DNA of 32,000 nucleotides from Caldimicrobium thiodismutans. Its GTDB lineage: Bacteria > Desulfobacterota > Thermodesulfobacteria > Thermodesulfobacteriales > Thermodesulfobacteriaceae. The translations under genes and the position numbers were made by a program. The first letter of the stretch is position 1; each line of letters opens with the position of its first letter. Where the stretch lies: positions 120,001 through 152,000 of the forward strand of contig NZ_AP014945.1 in the NCBI RefSeq assembly GCF_001548275.1, written 5' to 3'. This document shows positions 26,545 through 32,000 of this stretch, piece after piece. Under the pieces are notes generated by a model. It saw only the letters and a list, made by a program, of their open reading frames with translations, did not search any database and had not been told where the DNA came from.

Positions 26545-27147
26545 TTATCTTATGTATAGAGTTCTCTTAAAGTTGAAAAGGGCTTCAAGATAGGTGTCAG
26601 TTCCACCTCTTAACCCCACTTTTAAATCCTTTTCAAGATTACAATATTTAAGACAGGTTCCGCAGGAAAAGATCTCAACTCCTCTTTTTTCAAGTTCTTT
26701 GAGAAGAGGGATAAAGGTCTCATCAAGAGTGGTAAGTTTTACCCCTGTGTTCATAAAAAAGATCCTGTCAGGAAGGAGATTCTGAGCAAGCATGGTCTCA
26801 AAAAAGCCTTTAAGAAGAATTTTTCCTAATTCTCTATCTTCCCCCATGTGATCAGATGCAACAATTACAAGAAGATTTTTCTCCCCTTCTCTGGGGCAGG
26901 AGATTACATATTCTTCTGAGGAAATTCCTTCTCCCTTTTCAATGAGAAGATGAAATTCTTCCCCTTTTTTTTCTGTGGAGAGAAGTTTATGCCCCTGAGC
27001 AGAGAGAAATTTTTGGATATTTTGAAGGGAGACCTCACTATCAATTAAAACCCTTATTTTTTCACCTACCTGGATTTCATCTAAAGCCTCTTTAGTTTTG
27101 ATCACTGGTTGAGGACAAGGTAGCCCCCTTGCATCAACCTCTTTCAT
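26545..27147 (-). CDS. yedF: YedF-type sulfurtransferase-like protein (N-terminal TusA/SirA CPxP domain fused to a DsrE-like domain)
   Basis: DARGLPCPQPVIKTKEAL is the TusA motif. The C-terminal half, LLVIVASDHMGEDRELGKILLKGF...CGTCLKYC, is DsrE-like. I prefer the ATG at 27147, which lies 8 nt after AGGAGG, over the track's TTG start at 27165. Confidence 0.7.
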   Translation of the reverse strand: MKEVDARGLPCPQPVIKTKEALDEIQVGEKIRVLIDSEVSLQNIQKFLSAQGHKLLSTEKKGEEFHLLIEKGEGISSEEYVISCPREGEKNLLVIVASDHMGEDRELGKILLKGFFETMLAQNLLPDRIFFMNTGVKLTTLDETFIPLLKELEKRGVEIFSCGTCLKYCNLEKDLKVGLRGGTDTYLEALFNFKRTLYIR

Positions 27148-27280
27148 AGGAAAAGCCTCCTGCAATTTTTGTTATCATTAAAAAATACACTATAGTAGAA
27201 GTAAAAACAAATAAAAAATTTCAATTTTTAATTTAAAATTAATTGAAAAATCTAATCAAAATATAAGGAGAGAACCTTAG

Positions 27281-27487
27281 GTCTGCATAAGTTTATACCT
27301 TACAGGAAAAAAGGTGGTAAAAGGTAAAAAGGTAAGAGGTGAGAGGTGAAAGGTAGAAATAATGTCAAATAACATATGTTTCATCAATTTAGGGGAAGAT
27401 CTATCGTTTAATGTTTAGGATAAAAGAATAACCCAGTTTATTTGCTAAAAAGGGGAGATAAGAGTCTCAAAAGATATGGACGCATAC
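27281..27487. repeat. Type-2 mosaic module (~207 bp), an inverted near-identical copy of 22411-22607
   Basis: In order it holds the distal box GTCTGCATAAGTTTATACCTTACAG (27281-27305), an AGGT heptad tract (27311-27356), CATCAATTTAGGGGAAGATC (about 27384-27408), and the proximal box GAGTCTCAAAAGATATGGACGCATAC (27462-27487). Confidence 0.9.
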
Positions 27488-27522
27488 ACAGGTCTTGCAA
27501 GATTTTAAAATCCTTTTAAGAT
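27462..27522 (+). promoter_or_regulatory. Box-type promoter P6 for the 27529 kinase-fusion gene
   Basis: Box (27462-27487), a 7-nt gap, TTGCAA (27495-27500), a 16-nt spacer, TAAGAT (27517-27522), 6 nt, then the ATG at 27529. There is no SD. Confidence 0.55.
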
Positions 27523-27528
27523 TTAGCT

Positions 27529-29082
27529 ATGGAAAATACCATTCCCTGGGCAGAGGTCTTAACATTTAGCAATCTTCCCTTTGACACAAAAACATTTCAG
27601 ATTCTGCAGACCCATATCTCCTATGTGATTATTACTGATTCTATAGTTTATAAAATCAAAAAGCCCGTAAATTTTGGATTTCTTGACTTTACCACCCTTG
27701 AAAAAAGAAAGTTTTATTGTGAAAGGGAAGTAGAGCTTAACCGCAGGCTTTGTGGAGATCTTTATATAGGGGTGGTTCCTATTGTTAAAACAGAGAAAGG
27801 TTATCAGATTGAGGGAGAGGGTGAGCCAGTTGAATATGCCGTTAAGATGGGAAGGCTTCCTGAAGAGGGGATGATGAAAGGGCTCTTAAGGGAGGGGCTC
27901 TTAACTAAGGCTCATCTTGATCTCATTGTGGATACCCTGGTTCCCTTCTATAAAAGTGCAGAAACTGGAGAGAAGGTGAATTACTTTGGAAGTCTTGAGG
28001 TGATCTCCTTTAATACTGAGGAAAATTTTGAGCAAACTAAAGGTTTTGTAGGTAAAGCCTTAACCAAAAGAAAATATGAACACATTGTTAATTATACCAG
28101 AAATTTTATTAAGGAGAGGGCTTCAATTTTTCAAAAAAGAATAAAAGAGGGTTATATTCGAGATGGTCATGGTGATCTCTATTCTGCCAATATTTGCTTT
28201 GATGACTTAAAAAGGGTTTATATCTTTGATTGTATTGAATTTAATGATCGCTTTAGATGTGGAGATGTGGCTCAGGATCTTGCCTTTCTTGCCATGGATC
28301 TTGACTTTTATCGTCTTAAAGAATTTTCTGATTATTTTATAGAGGAGTATGTGAAGAAGAGTGGAGACAAAGGGCTTTATGAGGTGCTTGATTTTTACAA
28401 GTGTTACAGGGCTTATGTGAGGGGGAAAATAGGTTGTTTTACCTCTGAAGATGAGAGGGTTCCAGAGGAAGAGAGGATTAAAGCCCTTGAATCAGCTCAG
28501 AAATATTTTGATCTTGCCTTTTCCTATGCAGGGGGGAAACCAAAGGTAGCTGTTTTTATGGGGCTTTCAGGAACAGGGAAGACCTTTTTGGCTAAAGAAA
28601 TTCAAGCAAGGTATCCAGTCGCCTATCTTTCATCGGATATTGAAAGAAAAAGACTTTTGAGTTTAAGCCCTGAGGAGCACTATTTTGCTGAGTTTGAAAG
28701 GGGAATTTACTCCCCTGAGATGACAGAAAAAACCTATGCTCAGTTGATAGAAAAGGCTATAGAGGAGACTTCCTTTGGAAGGGATGTTGTTATTGATGCT
28801 ACTTTCAGAGAGAAAAGATTTAGGGATAATCTTAAGAAGGCTTTAGAAGGAATTGGTATTGAGCCCCTTTGGGTCTTATGCACCGCTACGGATGAGGTAG
28901 TAAAGGAGCGTATAGAAAAAAGGCTTAAGGAGAAAACTGCATCAGATGCCCTCTTTGAGACCTATCTTAAGCAAAAGGAAAGATTTGAGCCCCCACAGTC
29001 AGAAGATAATTTATTAATTCTGGATACTTCCCAGGAACTCTCCAAAGTTCTCGGTTATCTTGAAGAATTTTTAGATTTTTAG
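27529..29082 (+). CDS. Bifunctional phosphotransferase-like (APH/ePK-fold) plus P-loop kinase (AAA_33-like) fusion protein
   Basis: This is a 517-aa ORF. DGHGDLYSANICF (HGD-x4-N catalytic loop) and IFDCIEF lie in the N-terminal domain. GLSGTGKTFLAK (Walker A) lies in the C-terminal ~180 aa. Confidence 0.7.
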   Translation: MENTIPWAEVLTFSNLPFDTKTFQILQTHISYVIITDSIVYKIKKPVNFGFLDFTTLEKRKFYCEREVELNRRLCGDLYIGVVPIVKTEKGYQIEGEGEPVEYAVKMGRLPEEGMMKGLLREGLLTKAHLDLIVDTLVPFYKSAETGEKVNYFGSLEVISFNTEENFEQTKGFVGKALTKRKYEHIVNYTRNFIKERASIFQKRIKEGYIRDGHGDLYSANICFDDLKRVYIFDCIEFNDRFRCGDVAQDLAFLAMDLDFYRLKEFSDYFIEEYVKKSGDKGLYEVLDFYKCYRAYVRGKIGCFTSEDERVPEEERIKALESAQKYFDLAFSYAGGKPKVAVFMGLSGTGKTFLAKEIQARYPVAYLSSDIERKRLLSLSPEEHYFAEFERGIYSPEMTEKTYAQLIEKAIEETSFGRDVVIDATFREKRFRDNLKKALEGIGIEPLWVLCTATDEVVKERIEKRLKEKTASDALFETYLKQKERFEPPQSEDNLLILDTSQELSKVLGYLEEFLDF

Positions 29083-29225
29083 ATTTTTCCACCTCCATAC
29101 TGAGAATTTATAATACAACCAATCAGTTTTAAGGGAGGATTTCAACCTGGGGCAGACTGGTCTACCCCTGCTTTAATGTTGAATCTGCCTTGATTTCAAA
29201 AAGATAGCCTATGGGAAATTTAAAA

Positions 29226-29328
29226 AGCAGATTTATCTGCTAAAATCAGCAGATTTAAATCTCAAAAGATATATACGCATACCCCCTTGTCTTTTAAAAA
29301 GGAATGATTATTTTTTGGTTAACCAAAA
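29226..29328 (+). promoter_or_regulatory. groES upstream control region: palindrome, degenerate promoter box P7, -35/-10 and a 16-bp palindrome at the predicted start site
   Basis: AGCAGATTTATCTGCT (29226-29241) is followed by a repeated half-site AGCAGATTT (29248-29256). The box AAATCTCAAAAGATATATACGCATAC lies at 29257-29282. Then come TTGTCT (29287-29292), a 16-nt spacer, TATTTT (29309-14) and TTTTGGTTAACCAAAA (29313-29328). Confidence 0.5.
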
Positions 29329-29355
29329 ATCAATATTGAGGAGGGAGGTGGATCT

Positions 29356-29646
29356 ATGAAGATCAAACCACTTTATGATCGTATTCTTGTTCAACGCATT
29401 GAGGAGGAACAAAGAACTGAATCAGGTATCATCATCCCTGACACCGCTAAAGAAAAGCCCATTATGGGTAAAGTTATTGCGGTGGGCGAGGGCAGGCTTC
29501 TTGAAAATGGTCAAAAACAATCTCTTATTGTCAAAGAAGGGGACAAGATCCTTTTCAGCAAATATGCAGGCACTGAAATAAAAATCAAAGGCGAAGAATA
29601 TCTCATCATGAGAGAAGATGATGTTTTAGCTATCATAGAAGGCTAA
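29356..29646 (+). CDS. groES: Co-chaperonin GroES
   Basis: This is a 96-aa [37 protein letters not shown] is the canonical GroES sequence with the mobile loop. The SD is GAGGAGGGAGG. Confidence 0.97.
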   Translation: MKIKPLYDRILVQRIEEEQRTESGIIIPDTAKEKPIMGKVIAVGEGRLLENGQKQSLIVKEGDKILFSKYAGTEIKIKGEEYLIMREDDVLAIIEG

Positions 29647-29668
29647 TTAACCTAAAAAATCTATATAA

Positions 29669-31303
<1,635 letters not shown>

Positions 31304-31324
31304 GGAGGTAACCCCTCTTAACTT

Positions 31325-31356
31325 AAGGGGGCTCTTAAGCCCCCTTTTTTATTTTT
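31325..31356 (+). terminator. Rho-independent terminator of groESL
   Basis: AAGGGGGCT-ctta-AGCCCCCTT (a 9-bp stem, 31325-31346) is followed by TTTTATTTTT. The T-tract overlaps the stop codon of the convergent rubredoxin gene. Confidence 0.85.
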
Positions 31357-31555
31357 CCTGTTCCCCTTCAACTTCACTCATGGGTTTAAAAGCCTTTTTG
31401 GAAGCTCCACAGACAGGACATCTCCATTCCTCAGGTAAATCCTCAAAGCGAGTTCCAGCAGGTATCTTCCCTTTACGATCACCCTTGGCTGGATTATAAA
31501 TGTATCCGCAATTAGTAGTTGAGCAGATCCAGGATCCCTCAAATTGATTTGCCAT
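31349..31555 (-). CDS. Rubredoxin-family protein with an atypical first Cys pair (C-x4-C)
   Basis: This is a 68-aa ORF reading [18 protein letters not shown]...[23 protein letters not shown]. The SD AGGAGGT lies 4 nt before the ATG. Confidence 0.85.
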   Translation of the reverse strand: MANQFEGSWICSTTNCGYIYNPAKGDRKGKIPAGTRFEDLPEEWRCPVCGASKKAFKPMSEVEGEQEK

Positions 31556-31652
31556 AATTACCTCCTTTTTTAAATTTTTTCTTTTTTTAAAAGTAATTCA
31601 AAAACATAACCTTATAATGTTTTGTGAAAATTTTCTTTTTTAAAGTTTTTTT

Positions 31653-31763
31653 GTATAAGTTTTCCATAAGTTCACATCCTTACAAGAAAAATGAAGGGTG
31701 GAAAAAGGTGAGAGGATATGGACGCATACAATTTTTTGCTTTTCTTTAAAGCAGAGGTATAAT
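31653..31763 (+). promoter_or_regulatory. Shortest mosaic module with box-type promoter P8, about 120 nt upstream of mnmA
   Basis: The distal box CCATAAGTTCACATCCTTACAAG lies at 31664-31686. AAGGTGAGAGG is fused directly to the truncated box ATATGGACGCATAC (31716-31729). A 6-nt gap follows, then TTGCTT (31736-31741), a 16-nt spacer and TATAAT (31758-31763). Confidence 0.55.
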
Positions 31764-31883
31764 AAAAATAAGGCTCTAATTTATTTTTTGAGTTTGAGTT
31801 TTTATTATAATTGTGAAAAATTTGTCTTATTAAGATGTTTTTAATTTTGCATAAGTAAACGGGCAAAACTGCGCAGTTTTTGA

Positions 31884-32000
<117 letters not shown>

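Noticed and set aside
27200-27255. The inverted repeat TTTCAATT-N14-AATTGAAA in the AT-rich region upstream of the YedF operon.
   Set aside because: The region is almost pure A/T, and short inverted repeats of this kind are expected by chance. There is no second copy elsewhere in the window.
27362-27418. An 18-aa mini-ORF (MSNNICFINLGEDLSFNV) lies directly after the SD-like heptad tract. It is also present in the inverted copy at about 22536-22480 as MSNNICLINVGEDLSFNV.
   Set aside because: The two copies are simply near-identical DNA repeats. Both nucleotide differences inside the ORF are non-synonymous. The related sequence in the left arm (about 1880-1905) has no start codon and contains a stop. 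There is no evidence of coding selection. It is only worth revisiting if ribosome profiling shows occupancy.
29083-29355. A CIRCE (HrcA operator) upstream of groES.
   Set aside because: I looked for TTAGCACTC / GAGTGCTAA-like inverted repeats and found none by eye. Its absence is reported as part of a finding, and no feature was called.
31672-31866. A 64-aa minus-strand ORF between the rubredoxin gene and mnmA. The same applies to 25498-25698 (+), 26312-26500 (+), 26594-26785 (+) and 380-568 (+).
   Set aside because: They are AT-rich with low-complexity translations. They overlap promoter or repeat modules or lie antisense to well supported genes. None has an SD.

Overview
This window comes from an AT-rich bacterial chromosome of roughly 40% GC by eye. 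The protein sequences suggest a thermophilic anaerobe, perhaps Thermodesulfobacteria-like, but that is inference only. The backbone is ordinary housekeeping DNA. It runs tRNA-Tyr/Gly/Thr, tuf, rpmG, tRNA-Trp, secE, nusG, rplK, rplA, rplJ, rplL, rpoB, rpoC, then convergent rpsO and tRNA-Ser. After that come a Zn-alcohol dehydrogenase, prmA, a YihY-family membrane protein, tRNA-Leu, rimP-nusA-ylxR, a TIGR01777-type SDR, a minus-strand YedF/methyltransferase/small Zn-finger operon, a kinase-fusion gene, groES-groEL, a rubredoxin and the start of mnmA. Two PD-(D/E)XK nuclease-type genes are interspersed: an AAA-ATPase/PDDEXK fusion at 1979-3529 and an Rpn/YhgA-like gene at 17910-18908. The unusual content is non-coding. 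Almost every long intergenic region is built from one mosaic repeat family. Its core is a ~26-bp box (GAGTCTCAAAAGATATGGACGCATAC) placed 4-7 bp upstream of the -35 hexamer of eight promoters (6-7 bp at seven of them). An inverted copy of the same box sits 66-345 bp further upstream in five of the eight modules. Between the two boxes lie AGGTGAG-type heptad tracts (Shine-Dalgarno-like on one strand, anti-SD-like on the other) and a GTAGGGG/CCCCTAC box. Two ~200-bp copies are nearly identical in inverted orientation (22411-22607 and 27281-27487). Another pair forms ~165-bp inverted arms around the AAA/PDDEXK gene. I cannot assign this family to any known element class. Other points worth a look are several apparently leaderless genes (-10 hexamer exactly 6 nt before the ATG), a tuf gene with G-ending codon usage and a CxC-x4-CxxC insertion, a groES promoter with no CIRCE but other palindromes, and a ZAS-like mini-protein in the YedF operon. 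All coordinates of non-ORF features were counted by hand and may be off by 1-2 nt.
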